Source of the DNA: a virus
Virus record (IMG/VR): IMGVR_UViG_3300035698_013362
Location: 18,919 to 82,918 of that record
Length of the DNA stretch: 64,000 nucleotides
Reading direction: 5' to 3' (one strand)
The notes under the pieces are model-generated. The model did no database searches, was not told the origin of the DNA, and saw nothing but the letters and a program-made list of their open reading frames with translations. Within the stretch, counting starts at the first letter, position 1. Each line of letters begins with the position of its first letter. Below, one piece after another: positions 36,964-46,843 of the stretch. The position numbers and the translations under genes were made by a program.

Positions 36964-37707
36964 TTATACTCCTACTATGAATGCCGGTGGCATCATATTT
37001 TGAATTTCTTCCATTACTGCTAATTCCTCTTCTTCACCTTTTTCACCAATACCTTCGTTGATATTAGCTCCAGCGAATAAAGGAACATTTTGGAACGTGC
37101 CACGCACAGCTCCTAAGATTTGTTTAACATAAGCAAGAGCAAGCTTCTTAACGAGGCGTTCTCCATAAATTTGATCTTCTGGACGAACAACATAAACCCC
37201 AGTCACAACCCAGTTACTTTTTTCACCATCAGTTACAGGTTCAGGTAGAAGTTTAAGCATTTTGGTACGTTCATTGAAGTTCCAGCGATATCCTCCACCA
37301 AGCATAGTACGAGTCATTTTAAGACTCTGCTGAGCAATTTCATAATCAACCCACTGTCCACCTTGACTGCGAGTCATTGGGAACGAACGGTTGTTCATCA
37401 TTTGGTTAGGAACAGTAAATAGAGTGTTGACACTTCCTGCTACACCTTCATCAGATAAGCTAAAGATACCACTAACAGTATCGTCAAGTTTAACTCCAGT
37501 TCCAACCACATAATCGGTAAGCTCAACTCCTAGGTAATCCTCGTCGTAAGTAACGAATTCTGTAAATACCTCAAGAGCGTCGTCGATGCACTGCTTGATC
37601 ATATCATCATCGACTTCTACTTGAATAAGAGGGTAAGCCAAACGACGTTTGATCCAAGAGACTAGATCGGCGTAATTTTGAATTTGAAATTTTGCATAAG
37701 TTGCCAT
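36964..37707 (-). CDS. gp13: neck protein gp13
   Basis: L..WI.RRL.YP.I.VEV.DD....CIDDAL..F; FN.RTK.L; VK..ALA..K. Confidence 0.88.
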   Translation of the reverse strand: MATYAKFQIQNYADLVSWIKRRLAYPLIQVEVDDDMIKQCIDDALEVFTEFVTYDEDYLGVELTDYVVGTGVKLDDTVSGIFSLSDEGVAGSVNTLFTVPNQMMNNRSFPMTRSQGGQWVDYEIAQQSLKMTRTMLGGGYRWNFNERTKMLKLLPEPVTDGEKSNWVVTGVYVVRPEDQIYGERLVKKLALAYVKQILGAVRGTFQNVPLFAGANINEGIGEKGEEEELAVMEEIQNMMPPAFIVGV

Positions 37708-37908
37708 ATCATTATTTATGTCGGAGACCCTTTGAAACTTTTTGCCATGGTGTCATAAATTTTAAAAGAAAAGGTTCTATAATAATTAAAAACAAAAATT
37801 CCTGTTTTAATTGAATGGGCTAAGCTAAAGTATATAAAGATTACCTGCCCTAATTTCCCAGATATTACACCTAACTATAAACCACTTTCAATTATTCTAT
37901 TATACTAT

Positions 37909-38319
37909 ATGAACAGAGATGATCTATTACCTGAAAGAATGAAGCTTCTTAATAACGAAGCTCTTGAAGATTTCCGTATTGAAGACTTTAATCTTAAAGA
38001 GAAAACGTTTGAGGCTCCTAACGTTAAGATCAAATGGATTCGTATTCTTGCTGAAGAGCAACGTCTCTTAGCAGTCCTTGATGAGAAGACTGAAGAAGTT
38101 AAAGCAGCTATCATGAAAGAACGATTCAGCATGCAATCAGTTAATCAATTCAAAAAAGAACTTGAACTTGATAAAGCTCCTGAAATGGTTAAGATGAAGA
38201 AAGCTATTTCATCTCAGAGAGATATTATTCGTTTTGTTGAAGGCATCGTTAAAGTAGCTCATGGATATGGGTTCGATATTAAGAATTGTGTAGACATTGT
38301 AAAATTAGAGAACTCATAA
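37909..38319 (+). CDS. uvsY: recombination mediator UvsY
   Basis: D..I....L......P....KW; C-terminal GFDIKN.VD..K; upstream of uvsW. Confidence 0.8.
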   Translation: MNRDDLLPERMKLLNNEALEDFRIEDFNLKEKTFEAPNVKIKWIRILAEEQRLLAVLDEKTEEVKAAIMKERFSMQSVNQFKKELELDKAPEMVKMKKAISSQRDIIRFVEGIVKVAHGYGFDIKNCVDIVKLENS

Positions 38320-38549
38320 TGGATTTTTGGATAGATGGTGTATGTGAATGTGGGTATAAAGTAATAGAAGGCCCTAGTAAAGTCAAAGACTATGTGAATT
38401 TCTGTAGTAACGAATCATGTGAGCATCATGTTCTCCACGATATATTTGATATGGAAGAACTTGAATACTATAAACATGAATATCCATATTCAGCTCTTCG
38501 TAAAGAAAATGAAAAGTTTAATGAAATATTTGACAAGTTATCACTGTGA
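38319..38549 (+). CDS. small Cys-rich hypothetical protein
   Basis: CECG...CSNESC; coupled start. Confidence 0.6.
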   Translation: MDFWIDGVCECGYKVIEGPSKVKDYVNFCSNESCEHHVLHDIFDMEELEYYKHEYPYSALRKENEKFNEIFDKLSL

Positions 38550-39973
38550 TCAAAATAGTCTATAACAACAAAATCCGTGGCCAGATTAAACATGACAACC
38601 AAGCTCAATTCGATGAGCTTTATGGTAAGTTATGCTATCAACACACTAAATTTGGAGCTAATCGAACTCATGAAGTAGAAACAGTGTGTCCTATTTCACC
38701 AGTAGGGTCTTTTTCTGCTGGCATTGCATTAGATTTGAAACGTCTTGAGCCCGATATAGAAATAGATAAGAAATTTACAGACTTTCATTTTCCTTACATC
38801 TTTTTTAATCGACTTGATGGAAATTTAAAGCAACCGCTCAATAAACCGTGGAAGTATCGTTCTTATCAGGAAGATGCCATCAGGGAGGCTTCCTTGTTTG
38901 GCAGAGGCATAATCGACTCCCCGACGGGCAGTGGTAAATCCATCATAATGTATGGAATCATCACGAACTTAGTCCAAATGAGCGAAGGTCGTGTTCTTAT
39001 TTTAGTTCCGAGTCCATCTCTTGTAACTCAGCTTGCTGGTGATTTCACTAAATATGGATTAGAAGACTTCGGCACATATACTTCAAGTACTCAAGCTTTC
39101 CCGGATGCCCAGGTCGTTATTACATCTAGGACTGTAATGAATAAGAAGGGGTTAGCTGCTTTACCTAAGATTTCACATCTCATGATCGATGAAGTCCATA
39201 AGCTTATTCCTAAGAGTGCATATGAACGAGTTGTAAAAACTTGTGCTACCCCATCTATTTTTGGATTTACTGCTACAATGCCTGATGACCCTAAAGAAAT
39301 GTGGTACATCAAAGGGATGGTAGGTCCAGTAATATTCAAAGAGCACACTTATGTTCTCCAGGAACAGAACTATCTTGCCAAAGTGAATATCGTATCATTC
39401 AAGTTCATCCATAAGAATAAACCTCTTTATATTGTAGAGCCAACCTATGATATGGGTGAACATCCAACTAAAATGTATTCAGATGAATATCATTACTTGG
39501 AAGGTCGGCTTGATACAATTGAAACGATTGCTAATGTTGTTGCTCAGCTCAAAGGCAACACAATGATCTTATTTGATCACACGTCGCACGGGCAGGCGTT
39601 ATATAAAGCTATTAAAGGGAATAAGGTATTTGTTGATGGTAAGATATCAATGGATGAACGTGAAGATGTTAAAGCTGCTCTAGAGAAATCAAATGATCTG
39701 ACTTTAGTTGCTCAGAGTACATGTTTTGGTACAGGTATTTCGATTAACAACATCCAGAACTTAATCATTTGTTCTCATAGTAAGCGTATGTCTAAGATCA
39801 TTCAGCAAGTAGGTCGTTCACTTCGTAAAATGGTTGATGGTGATGAATATGTAATGTTCTTTGATTTCCATCATAACTTTAAATATAGTGAACGACACTT
39901 CTATGAGCGTGTAAAGCTTTACAAGAAGTTCTATAATAAGTCATATGACAAACGTGTAGTAATAGAGATTTAA
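38546..39973 (+). CDS. uvsW: UvsW SF2 helicase
   Basis: RSYQ, PTGSGKS, DEVH, GFTAT, TGISI, QQVGRSLR. Confidence 0.95.
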   Translation: MIKIVYNNKIRGQIKHDNQAQFDELYGKLCYQHTKFGANRTHEVETVCPISPVGSFSAGIALDLKRLEPDIEIDKKFTDFHFPYIFFNRLDGNLKQPLNKPWKYRSYQEDAIREASLFGRGIIDSPTGSGKSIIMYGIITNLVQMSEGRVLILVPSPSLVTQLAGDFTKYGLEDFGTYTSSTQAFPDAQVVITSRTVMNKKGLAALPKISHLMIDEVHKLIPKSAYERVVKTCATPSIFGFTATMPDDPKEMWYIKGMVGPVIFKEHTYVLQEQNYLAKVNIVSFKFIHKNKPLYIVEPTYDMGEHPTKMYSDEYHYLEGRLDTIETIANVVAQLKGNTMILFDHTSHGQALYKAIKGNKVFVDGKISMDEREDVKAALEKSNDLTLVAQSTCFGTGISINNIQNLIICSHSKRMSKIIQQVGRSLRKMVDGDEYVMFFDFHHNFKYSERHFYERVKLYKKFYNKSYDKRVVIEI

Positions 39974-39991
39974 ACTCCTCCTCCTGATAAG

Positions 39992-40026
39992 AAAAAATGC
40001 AATCATTAATTTGATTGCATTTTTTT
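39992..40026 (+). terminator. rho-independent terminator
   Basis: AAAAAATGCAATCA-loop-TGATTGCATTTTTTT. Confidence 0.85.
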
Positions 40027-40036
40027 CACTTTCCAT

Positions 40037-40065
40037 TATACAAACGAAATATCGTTGTGTATACT
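40037..40065 (+). promoter_or_regulatory. early promoter TATACA-N17-TATACT
   Basis: Downstream TATACTCTACTCCTAATCA is shared with the promoter at 333. Confidence 0.8.
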
Positions 40066-40096
40066 CTACTCCTAATCAGCAACAAGGAGATACACA

Positions 40097-40793
40097 ATGC
40101 AGCTTGAATTTAAAACAATCGAAGAGATTAAATCAGCTTTCCTTGATTTCGATGTAGCAGAACAACCTACTTTTAAGAAATATGATGACAACGGTACATA
40201 TACTATATACCGCATGTGGTACAAGGAAGATACATATAACTGGCGCCGTGATTCATATAAAGTGAAAGATATGGTGTACTGGTTGCTTGTTTCAAACAAA
40301 ACTAATGCCGTCTTCACTCATAAAGATTCATTAAAACGAGCACGGATCTGGCTCGGTGTCCCTACTAAAAAGACCGTAGTAAAGCGCGAGATACGTTGTA
40401 AAGATACTAAAGTATGGGATAATCAGATTTGTGTTGATGGAAGCGCCAGCGGCGACAAGGCATGGTGTGGCATACGTTCTGTAGCAAACATTACACATGT
40501 TACTTACGCTGAAGCTCGCGACCTCTGTAAAGCATATGGTTGGACCAAACGAGGAATGTTCAATCATCAGATTAAGAAACTCTTTAAAGAAGAGGGATAC
40601 ACCGTAGAAGAAAAAAACCGAATCAGTCAGAGAACATGCTAAAACAATTAAAATGTTCGAACGACATGGTTTTGAAGGTAAATGGTTGATCCATGTGAAC
40701 GGTCATTTCGTAAGCTCTGTAAACGGTGTTGTGACGGATTGGTCTGCTGAAAGAAACCTTCGAATCATCAACGCCTGGCAGATTTCGAAATAA
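40097..40793 (+). pseudogene. early gene with Cys-His (peptidase C39-like) domain, frameshifted at A7 run (40611-40617)
   Basis: WCGIRSVA...Y.EA...G.....G; +1 frame gives HVNGHFVSSVNGVVTDW...AWQISK*. Confidence 0.6.
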
Positions 40794-40805
40794 AAGTGAA
40801 ATTAA

Positions 40806-40859
40806 CTATGTACAAATGATATCACGTTGAGTATACTCTTCTCATACTTAACAACAACT
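40806..40859 (+). promoter_or_regulatory. early promoter, 54-bp perfect repeat copy 2
   Basis: Identical to 25282-25335. Confidence 0.88.
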
Positions 40860-40886
40860 ACACTAATTAACTAACGGAGAAACACA

Positions 40887-41642
40887 ATGAATGCATCAGT
40901 ACTGAACGACAAGAACTGGATCAAAACCACTAACATGGATCAGCTTCGCGGAGTTGCTGCAAATTCAGAAGGTCCTCGCCATTGCCCAGTAAACCACGGT
41001 GAAATGCTTCATCGCTTTAAAGAACGTGGTGAAGCCAAAGGAATCGTTGTTTCAGCCGAGCAGGGATTGCTCAGCCCGAACGGAAAACGTTTCATGTATG
41101 TAGCTGATGTTGAAGATCCTAACCTCGATTCAGATTACAAATTCACCGTCGGCTTCATTAACTTCAACGATCGCTCACGTTCCTTCACTGGAATTGCCGG
41201 TCAGCGTGTTATGATCTGTTCTAACCTTTGTGTAACAGGTATGCTTGAAGATGCGAGAACACGTCACAGCACATTCGTTGATAGTCGTCTCGATGGTAAG
41301 ATGGATACAATCTTCGATCGCTTTAAAGTGATCAGTGACGCTCAGAAGGTCAATGTCGAACGAATGAAAGCAACAACTCTTAATGATGATTTGCTCGGTC
41401 GATTCCTCCTTGACTGCACTCGTACTGACTTCATGGGAGCGGCCAACACTCGTCGAATCATTACAGAGATCGATAAGCCCACTCTGAATAATGTCGGTGA
41501 TGATAGCCTATGGCGCTTGCACAATGCCGCTACCTACGTTCTTCGTGAAAACATTAAGAACCCAATTCTTGTTGCTGATTGTTCTAAGCTCATCAACGAA
41601 AAAGTCCTGAAGCTTGCTACAGGTATTTCTGAACTGATCTAA
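40887..41642 (+). CDS. DUF932-family early protein
   Basis: N.NDRS.S....AG.RVMICSNL, RHS, SLW.LHNA.T. Confidence 0.75.
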   Translation: MNASVLNDKNWIKTTNMDQLRGVAANSEGPRHCPVNHGEMLHRFKERGEAKGIVVSAEQGLLSPNGKRFMYVADVEDPNLDSDYKFTVGFINFNDRSRSFTGIAGQRVMICSNLCVTGMLEDARTRHSTFVDSRLDGKMDTIFDRFKVISDAQKVNVERMKATTLNDDLLGRFLLDCTRTDFMGAANTRRIITEIDKPTLNNVGDDSLWRLHNAATYVLRENIKNPILVADCSKLINEKVLKLATGISELI

Positions 41643-41659
41643 CTTAACCATTAACCGAT

Positions 41660-41688
41660 AAAGCCTAGGAGCGATCCTAGGCTTTTTT
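41660..41688 (+). terminator. rho-independent terminator
   Basis: AAAGCCTAGGA-GCGA-TCCTAGGCTTTTTT. Confidence 0.9.
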
Positions 41689-41704
41689 GCGTATAAATAG
41701 AAGT

Positions 41705-42289
41705 ATGAACCCTATTTATGAAGCATATATCGGATGTACTGTTGAAAAGAAAGTCTCTGATGACTATTCAATCTATATTACATGCACCCTATCCTCAGAG
41801 CTTCAGGATCGATGGAAGCTTTTAGTCCATAATCTTGACGAAGCAGAAACTGTTGAAACCGAGCCACATTGTACTTTCCTCTGGGCTAAGCTAGATGAAG
41901 AATTCAAAGAAGAAGAAATCTTCGACTTCCTTCAACCAATGCTTGAAGATATGGAATTCTACCTCATGCCACTTGGCTTCAAGATCTTTGAAGGTGTAAG
42001 TGATGGTGAACAGAACTGTTTAGTAGTTGGCCTCGATGCGCCTGGTGAAATAACCCAGCATCAGTTAGAGGTTAAGCGCAGATTAAAAGAAGAAGGCATG
42101 GAGTTGATGCAGGAGTTCCCTGAGTGGAAACCTCATATGACCATAGCTTATTATCCAGTGGAAACAGAGATACGTTATGAGCAACCAAACAATGGAATGC
42201 TTAATACCCCAATCAAAACTAAAATTGACTTCATGAAGCTCAATAACGGCAAAGAACTTAAGTTCAATAAAGAGACTAAAGAAAAGTAA
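41705..42289 (+). CDS. 2H phosphoesterase (Acb1/gp57B-like)
   Basis: HCTF and PHMTIAY HxT motifs, LVVGLD; MNPIYEAY leader; TATAAATA at 41692-41699. Confidence 0.8.
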   Translation: MNPIYEAYIGCTVEKKVSDDYSIYITCTLSSELQDRWKLLVHNLDEAETVETEPHCTFLWAKLDEEFKEEEIFDFLQPMLEDMEFYLMPLGFKIFEGVSDGEQNCLVVGLDAPGEITQHQLEVKRRLKEEGMELMQEFPEWKPHMTIAYYPVETEIRYEQPNNGMLNTPIKTKIDFMKLNNGKELKFNKETKEK

Positions 42290-43335
42290 TGAGTACAAAA
42301 CAAAATTACATACATTTTATGAATCCTGCAACTTTGGCCGCTCAACAGAAATTGATGGCTGGGTATTATCAACAAATGATCCAAATGTATGGAATATCTA
42401 TTCAATATTTTAGAAAGAAATATGAATTTTTTGATCCGGATGGGTTACTTAATGCTGATGGTGATGTTAATTGGACATATGGGTATGATAATGCTTATGA
42501 GTTTGGTAATGTTGTCGATATGATTGGTTATTGCGAATTTGGTAATGATGCATTCATTTTCTCTATGATCGGCGCTGATTCTGAACAAGATGGAAAGATT
42601 TATTTTACCAAGAAGCAATTTGAACTAGACTTTATTAGTGCTGTCGGACGTATGACGACTGAAACCTTCGAAACAACCTTCACAGTTGATGTTGAAGGAT
42701 TCAATGGAACATATCTACATACTGAAAATTACGATCCATTTAGTATAACGTTTACCGATGATGTCACGTTTGCTTCATCTGGTGTTATAAATGAACCTAT
42801 TACTCTAACGGTTGAAGATATTGAGTCTCATATTCGAAACGATATCTGTGGTAATAAAGCTTACATCTATAACTGGTTAGTTCAAGGTGATATGGCTGGA
42901 ACTATTAGTGGTGTTCTTGATGAAGATGGAAATGGAACTCTTACAATTTCTGCTTCAGGTGATTTGACTTACAACCGTCCTGCTAATGATGAAGAATCTA
43001 ACGGATGGGGAATTGCTCCTCAGAATGGTGACTTCATTCGTATTACTTATGGTGATGCTACAACAGAAGACTTTGCAATTACGTCTATTACAGACCGAGA
43101 TTTGAATAACGATGGTATTTCCCCTTTCATGGGTAAGCTTGTTTGGAAGTGTAACTTTACACGTAGAACATACAGCCATGAGTCAGTTCCATCTGGTGAA
43201 ATTGCTAAAGAACAAATTGAAAATGATTACCTTAATCAGGTGATCGAAATTAACGATACTATTTCAGATGAAATTTATGATTATGACAATGATGATGATG
43301 GGGAAAACTCTAGCGATATATATGGTGGTTTTTAG
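42289..43335 (+). CDS. gp14: neck protein gp14 with beta-rich insertion
   Basis: IQMYGI...Y.R, FS..G, P..GD.I, WK....R..YSHE. Confidence 0.8.
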   Translation: MSTKQNYIHFMNPATLAAQQKLMAGYYQQMIQMYGISIQYFRKKYEFFDPDGLLNADGDVNWTYGYDNAYEFGNVVDMIGYCEFGNDAFIFSMIGADSEQDGKIYFTKKQFELDFISAVGRMTTETFETTFTVDVEGFNGTYLHTENYDPFSITFTDDVTFASSGVINEPITLTVEDIESHIRNDICGNKAYIYNWLVQGDMAGTISGVLDEDGNGTLTISASGDLTYNRPANDEESNGWGIAPQNGDFIRITYGDATTEDFAITSITDRDLNNDGISPFMGKLVWKCNFTRRTYSHESVPSGEIAKEQIENDYLNQVIEINDTISDEIYDYDNDDDGENSSDIYGGF

Positions 43336-43358
43336 TAATTAATTTTATAAATAAGTAT

Positions 43359-43733
43359 ATGAAAAAACATATACTATATAAAACTACAAATCAAATTAAT
43401 AATAAAATATATATTGGTATTCATTCAACTGAAAATCTTGATGATGGATATTTAGGTTCAGGTAAAGTTCTCTAATTTGCATTAACAAAATATGGTAAAG
43501 AAAACTTCACTAGAGAAATATTAGAGGAATTTAATACACGAGAAGAAGCATCTAATGCAGAAGAAAAAATAGTTAATGGTACCTTTATAAGACATAGAGA
43601 CAATTATAACACTAATACAGGTGGTGGACATAATTGGTATGGAATGGTTTCTGTTATTTACGAAAAACCTATAACAAAAAAGAACATAATAGGGTATTAT
43701 GACCCTGAAGATGAAGAAATAGAGTTCCTTTAA
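43359..43733 (+). pseudogene. Seg-type GIY-YIG homing endonuclease remnant, in-frame TAA at 43473
   Basis: LYKTTNQINNKIYIGIH...GYLGSG..L*..KYGKENF.REI...YN...GG. Confidence 0.85.
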
Positions 43734-43771
43734 ACGATAAATAAAATAAAGGAATATCTCAGGAGAACTAT

Positions 43772-44326
43772 ATGTCAGACCTTAATAAATTCAAAGATTT
43801 TTTAGTAAACACTGAAGAATTGTATGAATATCAATTCCAGATTAACGTGTTCACAAATGGTGGGGATTTTGATCCTAACCTTACTGAACTTAAAAACATA
43901 GCTTTCTATGTGAATACAACTACGTTGCCAGGTAAAAGCCTTGAACGTGCTGATGTATTCCACTTTGGTATGAACTTCAAAAAGCCTTCTCGTATGATCT
44001 ATACTGATACAATTTCAGTTGATATGCGTGTTGATGCCAATATGAATCTTCATAAAGCTATATCTAATTGGATGGATACTTTCTACAATATCGGTGAAGG
44101 TGGAGCAGGCGATCGTGCCCTTCCACAATATAATATCAAGATGTACATCTTGGATAAAAACCTTAACCCAGTTGAAGGATCTAAAACCATTATTCTATCA
44201 GGTGTATATCCATCAAACGTAGGTGATATCAACCTTACTCATGAAGGCTCTGCTATTGCAATTTGCCCTATTGAATTCACTTACCAATATTGGTATTATG
44301 AAGAAGATGGTGATCCTTTAGGATAA
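43772..44326 (+). CDS. gp19: tail tube protein gp19
   Basis: TTLPG, G......R.Y, NW, L.GVYPSNVGDI.L, EFTYQYW. Confidence 0.9.
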   Translation: MSDLNKFKDFLVNTEELYEYQFQINVFTNGGDFDPNLTELKNIAFYVNTTTLPGKSLERADVFHFGMNFKKPSRMIYTDTISVDMRVDANMNLHKAISNWMDTFYNIGEGGAGDRALPQYNIKMYILDKNLNPVEGSKTIILSGVYPSNVGDINLTHEGSAIAICPIEFTYQYWYYEEDGDPLG

Positions 44327-44607
44327 TGATTTTCTTTGCTCTATCCGAAACCATGGCTGCTACTTATTCTGTAAAGGATGAGATTCGCAATCAAGGTAAA
44401 GCTTTAAAGATGTTAGCTCAAGGCAATAAAAAACTTGAGCTAGTATTGATAGATTTGTATGGAGCAGAATTCAGAAAGATCATTAATCAGTTTAAAAAGA
44501 ATTATAAATCGCTACCTACTCCTGATGATTTAATTTGGGTAGCTGGTGTACACACAGGGAAAGACCCTAAGAAAGTAGCTAAAGAATTGGCTAAAGGAAC
44601 AAAGTAA
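44326..44607 (+). CDS. hypothetical late protein
   Basis: Coupled start after gp19. Confidence 0.6.
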   Translation: MIFFALSETMAATYSVKDEIRNQGKALKMLAQGNKKLELVLIDLYGAEFRKIINQFKKNYKSLPTPDDLIWVAGVHTGKDPKKVAKELAKGTK

Positions 44608-44909
44608 TGAAACCAACTATTGCAGAAGCATATCTAATGGCTGCTCAACCTATTGTTGAACAGAAAACTGAATCACTTGATGAATCCAAAGGTGGCATTA
44701 TGCCTAACCTTAAGAAATGGGAATCAGCTGGCCGAAATTTAGCACCAAGTGAAAAAGCCGGATTGAAAGCTATTAAAGAAGCATTATATGACTTTCATAG
44801 TGAAATTGAAGATTTAGCTGATACCCTTGGTGATGCTTTATCGCCAGGTCTTAAATATACTATTAAGAAAGACCTAAAGGCTTACGCCGAAACTTTAGCA
44901 CGAGGATAA
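44607..44909 (+). CDS. putative head-packaged protein
   Basis: MKPTIAEAY leader, IVE/LDE sites. Confidence 0.65.
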   Translation: MKPTIAEAYLMAAQPIVEQKTESLDESKGGIMPNLKKWESAGRNLAPSEKAGLKAIKEALYDFHSEIEDLADTLGDALSPGLKYTIKKDLKAYAETLARG

Positions 44910-44911
44910 TT

Positions 44912-45469
44912 ATGAAACCTAATATTGCCGAATCTTATATGCGCTCAGCACATGTAATTAATGAATCTGCTGGCTCGGCAGGAACCCAACGTGGGTATGT
45001 AAAAACTACTCTTATGCGTTATGCTAAGAAAGTTGGGATTAGTCTTAACTTTGATTCTAAACTAGGGTATGATGTTTATACTCTTCCACAAGGAACTTCG
45101 ATTGTTTCTGATGGAGTTGGTCTTAAGGTACTAAATACTAAAGGTAAAGAATACGTTTATTATAGTACACCTAAAATGGACTATAAGAAAGCCCTTGAAT
45201 CAGCTTTGTCTTTGAAAGAAGAAGTTGAAAATCTAGATGAAGCTAAATCTAATGTCTTATCGTCATTAAAAAAAGATCTTAAATATGCTAAAGCTGATCG
45301 TAAAGAATACGATGGGATTGAAACCGATAATTATGGTAAGAAGAAATTAGCATATCAATGGCAAGTCACTTTAGGTGATAAAAAGATTAAAGCGCTTGAA
45401 GCAGCTATTAAAGCATATGAAGAATATGAAGCTGCTAATAAAGAATGGTCTGATAAAGGATCAGTATAA
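44912..45469 (+). CDS. putative head-packaged protein
   Basis: MKPNIAESY leader, INE/LDE sites. Confidence 0.65.
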   Translation: MKPNIAESYMRSAHVINESAGSAGTQRGYVKTTLMRYAKKVGISLNFDSKLGYDVYTLPQGTSIVSDGVGLKVLNTKGKEYVYYSTPKMDYKKALESALSLKEEVENLDEAKSNVLSSLKKDLKYAKADRKEYDGIETDNYGKKKLAYQWQVTLGDKKIKALEAAIKAYEEYEAANKEWSDKGSV

Positions 45470-45472
45470 GTT

Positions 45473-45877
45473 TTATTTGAGTTTAATCTCGTTTAATAGC
45501 TCAACCCAGATGTCATATAAACCATCTGGGTTTTCGAGTATAAATTCCTTTGTATTCATAATCACATAACCTACTGAGAATAAGTCCTGGCGCTCTGTAG
45601 CAATAAAAACATTAAGACCGTGGATGTTATTGGTACAGAACACTCGATCGTTCCCTATGAATGCCTTTTCGAACTGTTCCATAGATCCAATTTTACCATC
45701 TCTACGTGGAAGCATACCATCTTCAAAAGTAAATGGTATGATAATTCGGTCGGTGTATTCTTCACCCTCTTCAGTAGCCTCATGAATTGATTCTCCTTCA
45801 AGGAGCTTTTCCATGTCGTTTACTTCGCCGATACCTTCATCAAGTCCAGTATTAAATGCTTTACTTAGATTTCTCAT
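45473..45877 (-). CDS. hypothetical protein
   Basis: 134-aa ORF with overlapping start. Confidence 0.6.
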   Translation of the reverse strand: MRNLSKAFNTGLDEGIGEVNDMEKLLEGESIHEATEEGEEYTDRIIIPFTFEDGMLPRRDGKIGSMEQFEKAFIGNDRVFCTNNIHGLNVFIATERQDLFSVGYVIMNTKEFILENPDGLYDIWVELLNEIKLK

Positions 45878-46415
45878 AAAATTTTACCATCTTACCAACG
45901 ATGTTGATAAACTTTTCTTTGAGGATTTCATTATCAGTTAACTGCTTTAACCACACCTTTCTAGAGCCTGATGGATTACTGATCTTTGATGCCCACTGCT
46001 TAGACCAATTATAGGATTCCTGTACATCGAATCCTCTATAATTATCATCTACCCACATCCATTTGTGATGCCAGATCTGGTTAATCACTTTAGCAGGAAA
46101 TACCTTCTCAACATCATCCCCATCCATTTCAACTTTAACAGATTTCATAGGAGCAGGTTCGCTCTCTACGTCAAACCTTGGTGCCTCGTTGAACATATAT
46201 ATTTCATTGACTGGATCATACGAAACTGTCTTAAACTTACCACCAGCGGCGTCCAGGGCTATCCTAGCTTGTTCTGGAGAAGGTAATGTGTCAATATAGT
46301 CTAAATGCATATAGACTTTACCACCTATTACTTTACCAATAGGGAATTTATCTCCACGGATCATACCTCCACGTTTGATAGTAGATCCTTTAGCATTTTT
46401 GAATGGACCAGTCAT
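45861..46415 (-). CDS. hypothetical protein resembling a domain of phosphorothioation-associated methyltransferases
   Basis: GKVIGGKVYMH...P.FD...EP...IWHHKW.WV. Confidence 0.5.
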   Translation of the reverse strand: MTGPFKNAKGSTIKRGGMIRGDKFPIGKVIGGKVYMHLDYIDTLPSPEQARIALDAAGGKFKTVSYDPVNEIYMFNEAPRFDVESEPAPMKSVKVEMDGDDVEKVFPAKVINQIWHHKWMWVDDNYRGFDVQESYNWSKQWASKISNPSGSRKVWLKQLTDNEILKEKFINIVGKMVKFYEKSK

Positions 46416-46753
46416 TATGAGATAACTACAGCTTCTTTACCTTGCTTATCGTATATGAACAATTTAGCTGCACCTGATGGTTCTTCCATATAAGTGTATG
46501 GTTTACCGTAAGCAGCCAAGTAACCAATTACCTGTTTAATCATAGTTCGTTTGTTTTTAGGAGCATCGGCAGCTGTATTAAGAATATCGTTCAAAACACC
46601 GATTTCCCAATCTTCTGCTTTAGTCTTCTTTAATTCAAAGTTAACGCCGTTCTTTTTAAGTTTACCTAAATATTCAGGGATGCTGATATCTTTTATCGTG
46701 ATTGATTTAGCTTCATTGAGTGCTTGCTTATAACTTTCGTAAATTGGGTCCAT
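46415..46753 (-). CDS. putative head-packaged protein
   Basis: MDPIYESYKQALNE leader; AAGGA SD. Confidence 0.65.
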   Translation of the reverse strand: MDPIYESYKQALNEAKSITIKDISIPEYLGKLKKNGVNFELKKTKAEDWEIGVLNDILNTAADAPKNKRTMIKQVIGYLAAYGKPYTYMEEPSGAAKLFIYDKQGKEAVVIS

Positions 46754-46788
46754 AGTTTTTTCCTTTGTTATTCTTATTTATAGAAAAG

Positions 46789-46813
46789 AAAAAGGAGATG
46801 GCGTACCATCTCC
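46789..46813 (-). terminator. terminator after gp18
   Basis: GGAGATGG-TACG-CCATCTCC-TTTTT on the minus strand. Confidence 0.85.
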
Positions 46814-46843
46814 CCTATAGTGTTGCGTTATTGCCTTGGCAAA

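Noticed and set aside
37721-37895. Possible ncRNA between gp13 and uvsY
   Set aside because: A promoter-like motif is present, but there is no convincing stable structure or recognisable family.
40605-40625. Programmed -1 frameshift at A AAA AAC
   Set aside because: The -1 frame closes quickly; the meaningful continuation is in the +1 frame, consistent with a single A insertion.
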